Source: Chiloscyllium plagiosum
Lineage: Eukaryota
Direction of reading: 5' to 3'
NCBI RefSeq assembly: GCF_004010195.1
Contig: NC_057755.1
Coordinates: forward strand, 1,725,306 to 1,789,305
Length of the DNA stretch: 64,000 bases
The notes under the pieces are model-generated. The model was not told where the DNA came from and did not search any database. It was given only the letters and a program-made list of their open reading frames with translations. The translations under genes were made by a program, and so were the position numbers. This document shows positions 51,182 through 63,824 of this stretch, in pieces; the stretch's first letter is position 1, and each line of letters starts with the position of its first letter.

Positions 51182-52083
51182 TTATTTAAACAATCTCTGA
51201 ATTAGTTTCAGAGGAGATGTAATTACATTTTTCAGTTCTTCTCTGAATTTGCTCTGCGTTGCTGCATAAATGCATGGATTTAAAAAAGAACTCAGACAAG
51301 CCAGAAAATGTCGGGTTTCAGTAGCGATATATTTTGGATGTGTTCGATCCCCTCGGTAATAATTGGCATTTGTCATTCTGGTAATTACTAAAGTCACTGA
51401 ATTTGTTAACCATAGCAATAGAAAACTGATAGATACAGAGAACAGTAGGATAATAGACTTTCTCCGGCTTTCTATTTCTGAATCGCTGTAATTCTCATTT
51501 CTTTGACTCCGAAGTCCTGTGCGGGTTCTGTTGGACATTAAAATACGTCTGACAGTTAAAGAATTAAACAAGACAATTAGACTAAAAGGAAACCAGACGA
51601 CGGAGGCACTGTAAAACCAGACAAATGCTATACCTGCAGATGAAGAAAAAAATGCTTTACTTGATCGACAGCCCCACTTCACCTTATTAAGTATTTGCTC
51701 AGGTTCATATGCAAATAAAACTGGGATGTCCTTGAACAGGATCAAGACAGAGAGACTTGTTACAACTACTGATGCCGTTCTTTTGGTGCAATACTTGGTT
51801 TTAAGCTTCTGGCAGCAGATAACGACAAATCGATCAAATGTGAAAGAGACAATGCACCAAACTGACAAACTGGGATTGAGAGCAACCATGTACACAATTA
51901 CCCGACACACAGAAGTGTGGGACAGGAATGAAAGTGGAAAGTGATAAGTAAAAATATAATATACTATTACATTGATTTTGATGACCAGTAGATCTGTTGT
52001 TGCCATAGCCAGCATGTAAACAGAGATACATTTAGAAAGGCCACATTTCCCTCGCATGAGAATCACCATAGTCATCAAGTTGG
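51182..52083 (-). CDS. GPR139-like orphan class A GPCR gene 2, exon 2 (spliced product 323 aa)
   Basis: Acceptor ttgttctctctttcag|CC AAC (G+CC = Ala, then the TM1 Asn). Open to TAA. Motifs RGKCGLS, YMLAMATTDL, SVC, FTFDRF, WGC, WFPF, LLFSVS...LLW, NPCIY, SKFREEL. Confidence 0.93.
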
Positions 52084-52379
52084 CTGAAAGAGAGAACAAA
52101 ATGCTGTACCAGTGTCTGCTTAAATAGACATGTAAGTACCCGTTGAAAGTACCATTTCTTATGATTCTCTAAACAGGATAATTACTGTCACCGTCATTAA
52201 ACCAATCCAACTCACCCTGTTCAGGATGCTGAAAAAAGTCCAAAAATTCACCAAACTGTTTTTTCCTTGATCATGAAGGAATATCACCATTACATTAGTA
52301 TAGCATTCATGTGATGCGAAATGCAGAAAAAAATGTGCACAGTTTTGATGTGTTTGTTGCAGTAAATACTCATGATGGA

Positions 52380-52550
52380 GCAAAAACAAAAATTGCTGGA
52401 AATGTTCAGCAGTTCTCTTCGAATCTGAGGAGAGAATGCAGAGTTAATGTTTTGAAGAAATGTGACTGGTCTCGAAATGTGGACTCTGCTTTCCTTCCAG
52501 ACGTGCTACCAATCCTGTTGAGTCTCTTCAACAATTTCCTTTTTTTCGGA
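52380..52550. mobile_element. Degenerate fold-back Penelope-like fragment in gene 2 intron
   Basis: aaattgctggaaatgttcagcag...gcagagt is inverted against actctgc...ctgttgagtctcttcaacaattt, with a tgaagaa...cgaaatgt core. Confidence 0.5.
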
Positions 52551-52691
52551 TTTCCAGGAAACACAATTTTTTGGTTATATTATCATCTATGGATTACCGA
52601 CAGTGGGAAAGGAAATTCGTTTATCCAATGTGGAGGGTAAACAATGAGACAAGTTTCACATACAAAAATGAAGCACATCGGACTTACTCAC

Positions 52692-52761
52692 CAGGAAGAG
52701 CAACAGCTGCAAGAATGGGATAGTAAATCTCTTTCACCAGCAGAATGGTTGGTTTACCCAT
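52692..52761 (-). CDS. GPR139-like GPCR gene 2, exon 1 (MGKPTILLVKEIYYPILAAVALP + G)
   Basis: agaATGG start, 23 codons + 1 nt, CCT G|GTGAGT donor. 608-nt intron; in-frame join gives ..VALP-A-NLMTMVIL. Confidence 0.92.
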
Positions 52762-53149
52762 TCTCAGCGATGGTGCCACTCTACTGTTGCAGCTGAAACA
52801 CTCTGAATCACGGTAAAGGCAATGGATTGGAATCATAATTAAAGCAACATCAAACCTCCAGGGAGTGAAACAGGTGATACCATCATAACCTTTTTTACAA
52901 TCATATAACAAACATATGCAGGGAATAGCGAATGTTGATACAACAAATTTAAAGAACATTTCACAATGAATTAGATCTTTAATAAGCTCTACACATGAGA
53001 ATACACAGTTTCAAATTATCAGTTTGCTCCTACGCAATTCATGCATCACTTACTCACAATTACAACCATGAACTTGCCATTGTCTAGCATATGATCCTTC
53101 ACCTTAACTGAGTCAGACAGCTATCCTTTATCTGCAATCAGGAAGAGCA

Positions 53150-54685
53150 CATAACCATCTGCGACAGACCCTGCAATCGAACTTGTTCATGCAACCGGAT
53201 GTCATAAACTAATCTCGTCTCCTTTGCCAGCTTATGGCTCATGTCCCTCTAAATCATTCCTATTCATATACTCATCCAGACACCTTTAAAATGTTGCAGT
53301 TGTATCAGCTTCACCACTTCCACTGGCCACTATTTCTGTGAATACACCACCCTCTGCATGGAAACGTTGCCCCTTAGTCCATTTTAATTCTTTCCCCTCT
53401 CATCCTAAAGCAATGCCCTCTAGTTCTGGACTCCACAACCCAGGGAAAATGCATTCTCGTCACCCTATCCACCATCCCCTTAATTTTATAATTTCATATA
53501 CCTTCGTCTCCGATACCCCACAGAAAAAAAAAGCCCCAGCCTAGCAGCCTCTCCGGGTTATTCAAAATCTCAAACACTGGCAACATCTTTGTCAATCTTT
53601 CGTGAAACCTTTCAAGTTTTACAACATCCTTCCTCATGCGGGGAAACCAGAATTGCACACAATATTCCAAAGTTTGTGGAACTAATGTTCTTACAACCGC
53701 TATATGACTTCTTAATTCCTATTCTCAATGCTGTGACGAATAAAGGAAATCATACCAAACGCTTTCTTCACTTTCTTATCTCCCTGCGACTCAAGGAACC
53801 ATGAACCTGCTACACAAGATTTATTTTTTTCAGCGGCAGTCCTGAGGATCTTGCCATTAACTACATGAGTCCACCCGTGATGTGTCCTTCCAAAATTCAA
53901 CGCTTCATATTTATCTGAAATAAACCGCATTTGCCACTCCTCGACGTATTGTCCCATCTGATCAAGACCTCGTTGTATTCTGAGGTAACCTGCTTTGCTG
54001 TCCAATTTGGTGTCAGCTGCAAATTTACTAACTAGACCTCCGGTGTTCACATCTATATCATTATATAAATGATAAAAAGTAGTGGATCCAGCAGTGACCC
54101 TTGTGGCACACTACTGGGCACAGGCCTCCAGACTGAAAGGCAACCCTCCAGCACCACCTCTGTCTTCTACTTTGGAGAACGTTCTATTTCCAAATGGCTA
54201 ATTCTCCCTGAATTCCATGTCATCTAACGTTCCTATCCCGTCAACCACGAGAAACCTTGTTCAACGCCCTACTGAAGTCCATACAGATCACGTCTTCCAC
54301 TCTGCCTTCATCAATCCTCTTTGTCGCTTTTTTAAAAACGCAATCAAGTTTGTGAGAATAATTCCCACGCACAAAGCTATATTAACTATCCATAATCCAT
54401 TCTTGCCTGTCCAAATCCATGTAAATCCTGTCGCTCAGGATTCATTATAACAGCTCGTTCCATCACTGATGCAAAGTTCAATAGTTTGTCGACCCTTGCT
54501 TTCTCTTTACCACTTTTTAAAATAGTAGCCCCATATTAGTCCAATTCTAGTCTTCCGGCAGTTCTTCTAAGACTATCGATGGTATGATTATCTCAGCAAG
54601 AGGCCCAACATTCACTTCCCTAGCTTCCCATAGAGTTCGGGACACAATGCATCAAATCCTGGACTTTATCCATCTGCATGCGTGG
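53150..54685 (-). mobile_element. Old CR1 RT/3' region
   Basis: GLVSKFAADTK...WQMRF...KAFGMISFI on minus, plus CR1 tail near 53160. Confidence 0.85.
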
Positions 54686-54704
54686 ATAATGTGTGGATAC
54701 TAGC

Positions 54705-54936
54705 TCGCATTTGGGCCATTTACCACTGAACACTTCCTACACACATATCAGTCCAGATACCTCTTAAATGATGCATTTGTACCCACCTTCACCATCTCGT
54801 CTGGCAGCTCATTCCATCCATCCTCTGCATAAAAGTGTTACCTTCAGCTACGTTTTAATTATTTGCTCTCTTAAAGTAAACCTTGATTTCATGTATCTAT
54901 TATTTGATACAATAGTTGGATTAAGTTAAGACTAAG
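54705..54936. repeat. Diverged direct duplicate of 57095-57330
   Basis: Both read gcatttgggccat...aaagtgttac(c)cttcagcta...gtaaa...tatctat...taagttaa.actaag and include the same chimeric junction. Confidence 0.7.
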
Positions 54937-55035
54937 TTAGGTCTGGTCTGTAATTTGGACATTTTTCAAGATTTTACCATTCATTTCCTCACATTCTATA
55001 TCCTCCACGTCCTTCTTCACAGTAAACACTGATGG

Positions 55036-56266
55036 AATGCAGAGCCATTGGCCTTGATTTTTATGTCCTCTTTGTCTACAGGAGTAGTGCCAGAAGACTG
55101 GAGGATAGCAAATGTGGTTCCCTTGTTCAAAAAGGAGAGTAGGGATAACCCTAGTAACTATAGCCCGGTGAGTCTCACTTCTGTTGTGGGCAAAGTCTTA
55201 GAGAGAATTGTAAGGGATAGGATTTATGCACATCTGGATAGGAATAATGTGATCAAGGATAGTCAGCATGGTTTTGTGAAGGGCAGGTCGTGCCTCACAA
55301 ACCTTATTGAATTCTTTGAGGTGGTGACTAAGGAGGTTGATGAGGAGAAAGCGGTAGATGTGGTATATATGGATTTTAGTAAGGCGTTTGATAAGGTTCC
55401 CCATAGTAGGCTACTGCAGAAAATACGGAGATATGGCATTGAGGGTGAGTTGGAGGTTTGGATTAGGAATTGGCTGGATGGAAGAAGACAGAGGGTAGTA
55501 GTTGATGGCAAAGTTTCTTCATGGAGTGCCGTCACTAGCGGTGTTCCGCAAGGATCTGTTTTGGGACCATTGCTGTTTGTCATTTTTATAAATGACCTGG
55601 AAGAGGGGTTAGAAGGTTGGGTAAGCAAGTTTGCGGATGATACGAAAGTCGGAGAAGTTGTTGACAGTGAGGAAGGATGTAGCAGGTTACAGCAGGATAT
55701 AGAGAAGCTGCAGAGCTGGGCAGAAAGGTGGCAAATGGAATTCAATCTATCCCAGTAACCTGGCTTTCTTCATTGCCTTCCTATAGACTTCAGAACCTAG
55801 AAGCCTTCTTATAACAGTAAATGTCTTCCATCACTATAACGTTCCATATCTCTGTTAGTATATACAATACTCTCCTCCCTGAAACACCCCCTGTCTGTGC
55901 CTCTCAGACTGCCTGCCTCTCCCTACATCCATCCCTATTCCTGTCTCCAGAATCTAATCCAGCTCCCTCTATCTCTGTAAATTCCTCCAATCCCCAAACC
56001 CGTTTGTCCCACTGACCAGATGTAATTCTGTTTAGCTCTTGAATCCTCGAGCCCCTGTAAGCCTCCCTATCTCTGTAACCTCTAATCAGGAATGCCCTGC
56101 CAGCAGCAGTGGTGGACTCTCCCTCTTTATGGGCATTTAAGCGGGCATTGGATAGGTATATGGAGGATAGTGGGTTAGTATAGGTTAGGTGGGCTTGGAT
56201 CGGCGCAACACCGAGGGCCAAAGGGCCTGTACTGCACTGTATTCTTCTATGTTCTATGTTCTATGA
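55036..56266 (+). mobile_element. Young 5'-truncated CR1 with intact RT segment, internal replacement (about 55748-56085), nested in an older minus-strand CR1
   Basis: Uninterrupted 236-aa ORF (WRIANVVPLFKK...GVPQGSVLGP...KFADD...WQMEFN). The 3' end 56086-56266 matches the 27411 subfamily and has the (ttctatg)n tail. Confidence 0.9.
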
Positions 56267-57264
56267 AAATATTTATTTAGTATTTCCCCCAACTCCTGCT
56301 GTTCCAGAAGATGCCTGGCAGATCTTTGAGTGGCTATCTTCTCTCCCTAGTTACCCTTCTGTCCTTAATGCTTTTAAAAGATACCTTTGAATTCTCCTCA
56401 ACTCTGATAAATTAATCTCGTGTCCCATTTTGCCCCCCTCCCCGATTTCCCTCTGAAGTATACTCCTACGGCCTTTATACTCTTCTAAGTATTCCCCCGA
56501 ACTCTGCTATGCAGACATGACATATGCTTCCTAAGGGGGATGCGTGTGCCATGTGTCGACAGCAGAGATCGAGAGAATCCTTAGAAGAGCATAAAGGTAG
56601 CAGGAGCATATTTAAGAGGGAAACCTTTGGAGAGTGGGTGGTTAAGCAAAAAGTGGACACGTGATAGCTTTAGCAAATAGAGTTAAGGAGAATCCAAAAG
56701 TATTTTATGAATACTTTGAGGACAAAAGGTTAATGAGGGAGACAATATGGCCCCTCAAAGTTCAGCAAGGAAGCCTGTGTGTGGAACTTCAGGAGATAGG
56801 AGAGATAAATCCATGCTCGTTCGTCTGGATGAAGCTGCACCTTTATGTGTGACATTAATGTTATGTTGAATAATTCGTCATAGATATTTCACCACTGTTG
56901 AAGTTAAACTGACAGGTCTGTAATTGCTGGGTTGATCTTTATAACCTCCTTTGAACAAGGGCATAATGTTTGCAATACTCCAGTCCGCCAGCATCACTCC
57001 TGAATTTCGGGTAAGTCATATAACATGAAAATGATCCTTTTGTCCAACATGTCCATGCCGAACACATATCCCAATGTGACCTACTCCCACTTGCCAGCAT
57101 TTGGGCCATATCCCCCGAAACATTTCCTGCTCATATATCAGTACAGATAACTCATAATGTTGCATTTGTGCACACCTTCACCATCGCAGCGAGCAGCTCA
57201 TTCCATACATCCATTGCATGAAAGTGTTACCCTTCAGCTATTTTTAAAATCTTTGTTCTGCTAC

Positions 57265-60200
57265 TGTAAAGCTATATTTCATATATCTATAATTCATTTG
57301 ATGCTATATTTGGGCTAAGTTAAAACTAAGAATAAAAATTTAAGGGAATCTCAGACCGGTGTTATGCTCCTCCTGCTCAATGTGGGAGATCAGGTACATG
57401 GCTGATGTCCCTGACTCCTTCATATGCAGGACGTCTCTCCAGCTGCAGCTCTTGTTAAAAAGCATGACGGCGCTGAAGCTGCGGATAGACTTGCTTTAGA
57501 GCATCTAGGATGCTGTGGAGGTCACGATCGCACGTTTAGTGAATTGGTCACAGCGCAGATTAGGATTTCCGAGGGAGAAAGGGAATATGTGACCAAAAGA
57601 CACAGAACGATCTGGAAGGCAATGCAGATGTCCCTTGCATTCATTTCTCTCAAAAACAGGTATACCGTTTTGGATACCGCTGGGGGAGATGGCTCACCAG
57701 TGAAAGGAAGAAGTAGTCACGTTCATGGCGCTGTGGCTGGCTCTGATGTACAGGAAAAATGTAAGAGCTATAGTAATAGGGAATGTAATTCTAAGGAGAG
57801 TAGATAGGCCACTTTGTGGTCGAAAACGAGTTTCCTGAATGGTATGCTGCCTCCTAGTTGCACGGGTCAGGGATGTCTCAGATCGGCTGCAAAACATTCT
57901 GAAGGGGGAGGGTGAAAAGCCAGTTGTCATGGTTCGTATCGGCACCAACAATATAGGTTTAAAGTGGGATGAGGTCGTACAAGCGGAATTTAGGGAGTTA
58001 GGTGCCAATTTAAAAATGTAGGACCTCAGAGGAAGTAATCACACGATTTCTACCAGTGCCAGATGCTGGTCAGTGAGGAAATGAAATAATAGACAGGATA
58101 AACGCGTGGCTTCAGAGATGGTGCAGAATGGAGGGGTTCAGAAGTTTTTGTCAGTGGGACCAGTTCTTGGGGAGCTGTGTGTATTACACAGTGGACAAAT
58201 TCTACACGTGGGCCGGACTAGAACCAATGTCTTTGGGGGTGCTTTGGCTAGCACTGTTTAACCTGATGTGGCAGAGAGATGCGAACCAAATGACGAGGTT
58301 AGTGCACAGTAAGGAGGTAGTAACTAAAGCCTGTAAGGAACTAGATAATGTAGCCAGCGTGACTAAGGGGAAGGGAAAGCAGGGAGCAGATGATCGATGG
58401 AAAGGGACCCGTGGTCTGAGGAGCATTTGAGTAAGCGTGGTGTAGAAGGTAACGCAGATGAATATCGGGCTTGGCTTCGTTCCTGAAAGTATGATGTTAT
58501 TGCTATTACAAAGACCTGGTCGAGAGAAGTGCAGGATTCACAATTAAATATCCCAAGATATTGATTCGTCAGGTGGGATAGAGAGTGAATTGAAAGGTGT
58601 GGATGAGTTGCATTCCTGGTCAAAGTGTATATCTCAGCTGCGCTGGAGGAGAACACTATTGAAGGCTCGAGCAATGAAGCAATATGTGCCGAGCTCTGAA
58701 GAAGGAAGGGTTTGATAACAGTGTTGGGTCTGTACGATGGGTCTCCCAACAGCAATTGTGAGATAGAGTTACTAATGTGTCAACAGATCATGGAAAGATG
58801 TAGCAGCAAAAGGGTGGTGGTGCCAACATTGACTAGGATTCACTTTGTGTTTGAGGTCCAAATGGAGCAGAATTTGTGAGAAGCATCCAGGAGAGTTTTA
58901 TAGAGCAGTATGCAAATAGTCCAACTCGTGAAGGAGCCATACTGGACCTGGTGTTGAAGAATGAGTCCAACCAAGTTGTTAAAGTTTCACCAGGGGATTA
59001 AATTGGGAATCGTGATAACAATTGCATAGGATTTAGAATACCCATGGACAACTGTGTTTCTAAAGGAAGAGTAGGAAATTAGAGGAAGGCAAACTAGAGC
59101 AAAATTCAGCGGGACATGGGGAATGTGGAATTTCATCAGCTGTTTTTAGGTAAATCCACATTTAATACGTGGGAGGCTTTTCAGGAGAGTTTGATTGGCG
59201 TGTAGGACAGACATGTCCCTGCCAAAATGAGGGATAGAAACGGCAAGATTAGGGAACCATGGATGACAGGTGAAATTGTAAGACTAGTTAAGGGGAAAAA
59301 GGAAGCATAAGTAAGGTCTCGGCGACTGAAAACAGATGGAACTTTGGAAGAAAATCGGAAAAGAAGGAACAATTAAAAACGTGGAATGAAGAGGGCGAAA
59401 GGGGTCATGAAATACATTTAGGAAACAGGGTAAAGAAAAATTCATATTTAGGGGTCAACAGGATAACTAGTGAAAGGGTTGGCACCCTCAACGACAAAGG
59501 AGGAAAGTTATACGTGGAGTCAGAGAAAATGAATGAGATTCTTAAAAATGTTGCTTGATCACTCACTGTGGAGAGGGACACGACTGACGTTGAGGTTAAG
59601 GATAATGTTTGGTTTTTCGAGTTCAAGTCGGTGTAAGTAGGGAGGAACAGTAGGGTATTGTAAAAGACATTAGGGTTGAGAGGGCCGTGGTCCGGCCGGG
59701 ATCTATCCCAGGTTACTGACGGAAACAAAAGAGAAATCAGCTGCGGATTTCCAGATATCCTTGCAGCATCCTTGAATATGGGTGAGGTCCTGGAGAACCG
59801 GAGAATTGCTCATGTTGTCGCCTTGTTTAAGAAGGGTTGCTGGATAATCCATATAATTATAGACCAGTGAGCCTGACGTCAGTAGTAGAGAAGCTGCTGG
59901 AGAAGTTGCTGAGGGGTAGGATCTACTTACAATTGGAAGAAAATTCACTCATCACTGATATGCAGCATGGCTTTGTGTAGATACAGTGATGTCTTAACAA
60001 ATTAATTGAATTCTTTGGGGAAGTGACAAAGTTGATTTATGAGGGAAGGGCTGTTGATGTTACATACATGGAGTTCAGTAAGGCATTTGATAAGGTTCCC
60101 CATGGTAAGCTGATGGAGAAAGGGAAGCCGCATGAAGTCCAATGCGTACTCACGAGATGGGTAGAGAACTGGCTGGTCTGAAGCAGGCCGAGATTAGTAA

Positions 60201-61213
60201 TGAAAGGGAGTTTTTGAAAATAGAGTACTGTGATCAGTGGTGTTGCACAGGGATCTATGCTGGGACCACTGTTGTGTATGATATACATAAATGATATGGA
60301 GGAATGTATAGATGGTCCGATTAGTAAGTTTGCAGATGACACAAATATTGGTGGAGTAGCAGATAGTGAAGGGGACAGTCAGAGAATATGTCAGAATATA
60401 GACATATTAGGGAGTTGGACAGAGAAATGGCAGATCGAGTTCAAACCGGGCAAATGCGAGAAGATGTATTCTGGAAGATCCAGTGAGAGAGCGGAATATA
60501 TAGTGATTGGAAAAGCCCTGGGGAAAACTGGCGTGCAGAAAGATCAGAACACAGGCTAGTGGAGTGGGCAAGAAGGCATATGGCATGCTTTCTTTCATTG
60601 GACAGTGTAAGTACAAGAGTTGACAGTTCATGTTACAGTTGCTCAGGATTTTGGCTCGACAACATTTGGAATACATTTGCTCACAGTTCTGATTGCTACA
60701 TTACCAAAACGATATAGATGCTTTGCAGAGGATGAAGAGGAGATTTACCAAGATTTTGCCCAATATGGAAGGCTTTAGCTATGAAGGGCGATTGAATAGA
60801 CTAACATAATTTTCATTAGAAAGTCGAAGGTTGACATGGGACCTGATTGAGATCTACAAAATAATGAGACGTATAGCCAGGGAGAATAGCAAGAAGCTTT
60901 TTTTTTCCAGAGTGGAGGACACCAATATTAGGGTCACGAGCTCAAGTTAAGAGGGGAGAAGTTTAAGGGAGACATGTGCAGAAGGTTCTTTATGCAGAGT
61001 GTGGTGTTTGCCTGTAGTGCGTAGCCAGTGGCAGTGGGGGAGGTGGGGACGATAAAATATTTAAAATGCATCCAGACAGATACATAAATGGGCAGGGAGC
61101 AAAGGGATAAGATCCTTAGAAAATGGGTGACGAATTTAGATGCAGTATCTGGATCGGCAAAGGCTTAGAAGGCCAAAGGGATGGCTCCTGTGCTGTAAAT
61201 TTCTTTGTTCTTT
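57265..61213 (+). mobile_element. Near full-length but heavily mutated CR1 LINE (ORF1 zinc finger + esterase, ORF2)
   Basis: CSSCSMWEI...FICR (ORF1 N-terminal Cys motif), LKNRYTVLDT, VRIGTNNIG, SGVAQGSMLGP...SKFADD, 3' tail cctgtgctgtaaatttctttgttc. Confidence 0.92.
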
Positions 61214-61289
61214 TTTGTATACCCTTCAATTTTGGACTCCCTCATCCTAGAAAACATGGCTGTTATTTTGGTTGAAATTCAAAATATAA

Positions 61290-61922
61290 GTATACTGAGT
61301 TGATGCACAAATAGGCAGGATATGACTACTGATGTCCCATCACAGTCTATGCAAATGCAATGTTATTGTTCATTTAAATAGGACTAGAATACAAGACGCC
61401 ATGCAAGGCTCCAGTCATACCATATGCGCAATAATGTGAGCAGATTGGGTCTAAGGAAGTCTGCGCTTGTCTTGGAGGGGCTACAGAGGATGTTTAAAAG
61501 AATGATTCTGGAGATGAAAGGTTTTCCATATTAGGAATGGTTTAAGATTCTGAGTCTGAGCTTGATGGAGTATAGAGTGATGAGGTGGGATCGGATTGAA
61601 ACTTACAGAGTAATGGGAATCCTGGACGTGTAGAAGATGTTTTCAATAGTAGGAGAGACGAGAACTCGATACCACAGCTTCAGAATGAAGGAATAACCCT
61701 CTAAAACTGAGATGAGGAGGAATTTCTTCAGCCATAATGTTGAGAATCTGCGCATCCAAGGCACAAATGGATAGATTTTTTTGTTGGTAAAGGGAACAAG
61801 GGCTGCAGGGAGAAGGCAGGAGGAAAGGGTTGAGAAACAAAGCAACCATATAATATAATCGAATTATTAAGATGTCTCGATAGATTGAATGGCCTAACTC
61901 TGCTCCTATATTGTTTAGTCTT
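61290..61922 (+). mobile_element. Old CR1 3' fragment (another subfamily)
   Basis: gagatgaggaggaatttcttcagcca...gaatggcctaactctgctcctatatt tail. Confidence 0.75.
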
Positions 61923-62149
61923 GTGGTGAAGTGAGAACAACAGTTGGTTTAATCTGAAGCATCCTCCATGAAGCCCCTCCATTCCGCCTGGGAGACAATG
62001 CTTCCCCAGTCAAGCCCTTGTCGTTTTTTTTTTGTGAAATAGAGATTGACTCTTCCTTCAGGCCACTTTCAGTGTCCACCGTCAATGGTTCTCTCTTGAT
62101 AAACTCTTTCATCAAACAAAAAAAAGAAGAACTGTGAAGTTTGGAAAAC

Positions 62150-62480
62150 AAAGAAAACCAAGAAATGCTGGAGAGACTCAGCATGTCTGGCAGCATCCGT
62201 GGAGAAACAAAAAAAAACACAGAGCTAATGTTTCTTGTCCAGTGACCATTGCTGTCATCAAATGCACTGCAACTAATAATAAACCATTGTCAGATATCGA
62301 CGGCCCACATTAGCATTCCTTTGTCTGCCAATTGTTGTTCTCTCTCTCTGGGCTCTATCTCCATCAATCATTAATTTCGCGCCCCTATTTCCACCCCCAT
62401 CTACAATATACATACATATATAGTTTTTTTGTTTCCTGACTACAATCAGCACTGAAGAATTTTCATTGGATATATAGTTA
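62150..62480. mobile_element. Degenerate Penelope-like terminal fragments
   Basis: aaatgctggagagactcagcatgtctggcagcatccgtggaga and a later cactgaagaa motif, same type as 19035 and 30615. Confidence 0.5.
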
Positions 62481-63824
62481 GGAAGAAGACGGTTTTGTCT
62501 GGGACCGCATTGTCTGGGTACTGACATAAAGTTGACAACAGTAATCAGGAAAACAATTCACCATCTCAAATTTAACTAGAAATTAGCTAAAAGTGCCAAA
62601 TCAGCCAATGGAGATCAGATCCCATGTTGGAATAGAACTGGGAACATAGGACAGTACAGCATAGTACAGGACATCCGGCCCTCAATGTTGTGTTGGCCTG
62701 TTATCCTACAGTAAGGTCAGTCCAATCTGCATTCCCTTAATTGTACTATCTTCCATGTATCCAACCAAGGGTCGCTTAAATATCCCTATTGCTGTCGCTA
62801 TCTAAAGCGATTGTTTGTTTAAACAACATAAATCCAACTGATAAATGTTCAAGAATCTATTCTCTTCTAATTCATGAACCAGTAGGAACTGCAACTCGAT
62901 GAGTCTTGCAAGCTGTCTGTGGTATATTGGCATTGATCCAAAATTGTTCAGTTATTCTTCCCCAGTCACCAGTGCTCGAACAATTGTGGTTGAAGAACGT
63001 AGCACGGTAAGAATAATGAAGAGTCACCCACTTTGGAACAATAGTGGCTTCTGCGATCAACGCAGAGGTTTCTGTCAATCAGGAAGTGAGTTTTTAACAG
63101 TGAAGGATATCGTTTGGTTGTATAATCACTGGATCGTTCCGCCATAGGACCAGGAAATGTTCTGGAACGTTGATTCAAATCCTATGAAGACAGATGATGA
63201 AGCTTGAATTGAAAGAAAATTGTAATTAACAGAGAATGTTGGTCGGTTAATGTGGAAAAGCACTCTCCGTTCGGAGTAACAGAGTCATTCCAATGATTGG
63301 GGAAGTGCCCTGAAGATTTCGGAAAGATGTTGTAAATTACTATAAGTGCGAGGCAACACAAATTTCTGTGGACCATTGTTTCTCAAATGCCACCGAGTGT
63401 TATAACTGTTGACTTAGAAACAGGTGTATTCTTCCTGCAGTTAAAAAGTAAAAGGACAAAGTTTCAATGTTCCTACCCATTGATTTGTCTGTGCACCTGT
63501 TGTTCAGTTTCTCTGGGCTGTCTAATGCCGCATGATACAGAAAGGACTGATCTTGGTTTTACCAGAGAGGCAACATGCATCAGACGAGTAGAATGGTTTG
63601 TTTTCTCAATTGGTGCAGGCATATCATTGTCCGTTCAACACAGGTTTGTTTTAATCAACTTGATTTTGTTTTGCAAAACAGATTCTAAACATGGAAAAGA
63701 GATTTCTCAGCAGATGCTCACAAACACTGACCACAAATCTACCCTCTCCGCCCCCAAGTTGCCAAAGAAGCTATCAATGAAAATTTGCAGCTGCCAAGGA
63801 TGTCTCAAAGAGGGTGCAAAATGC

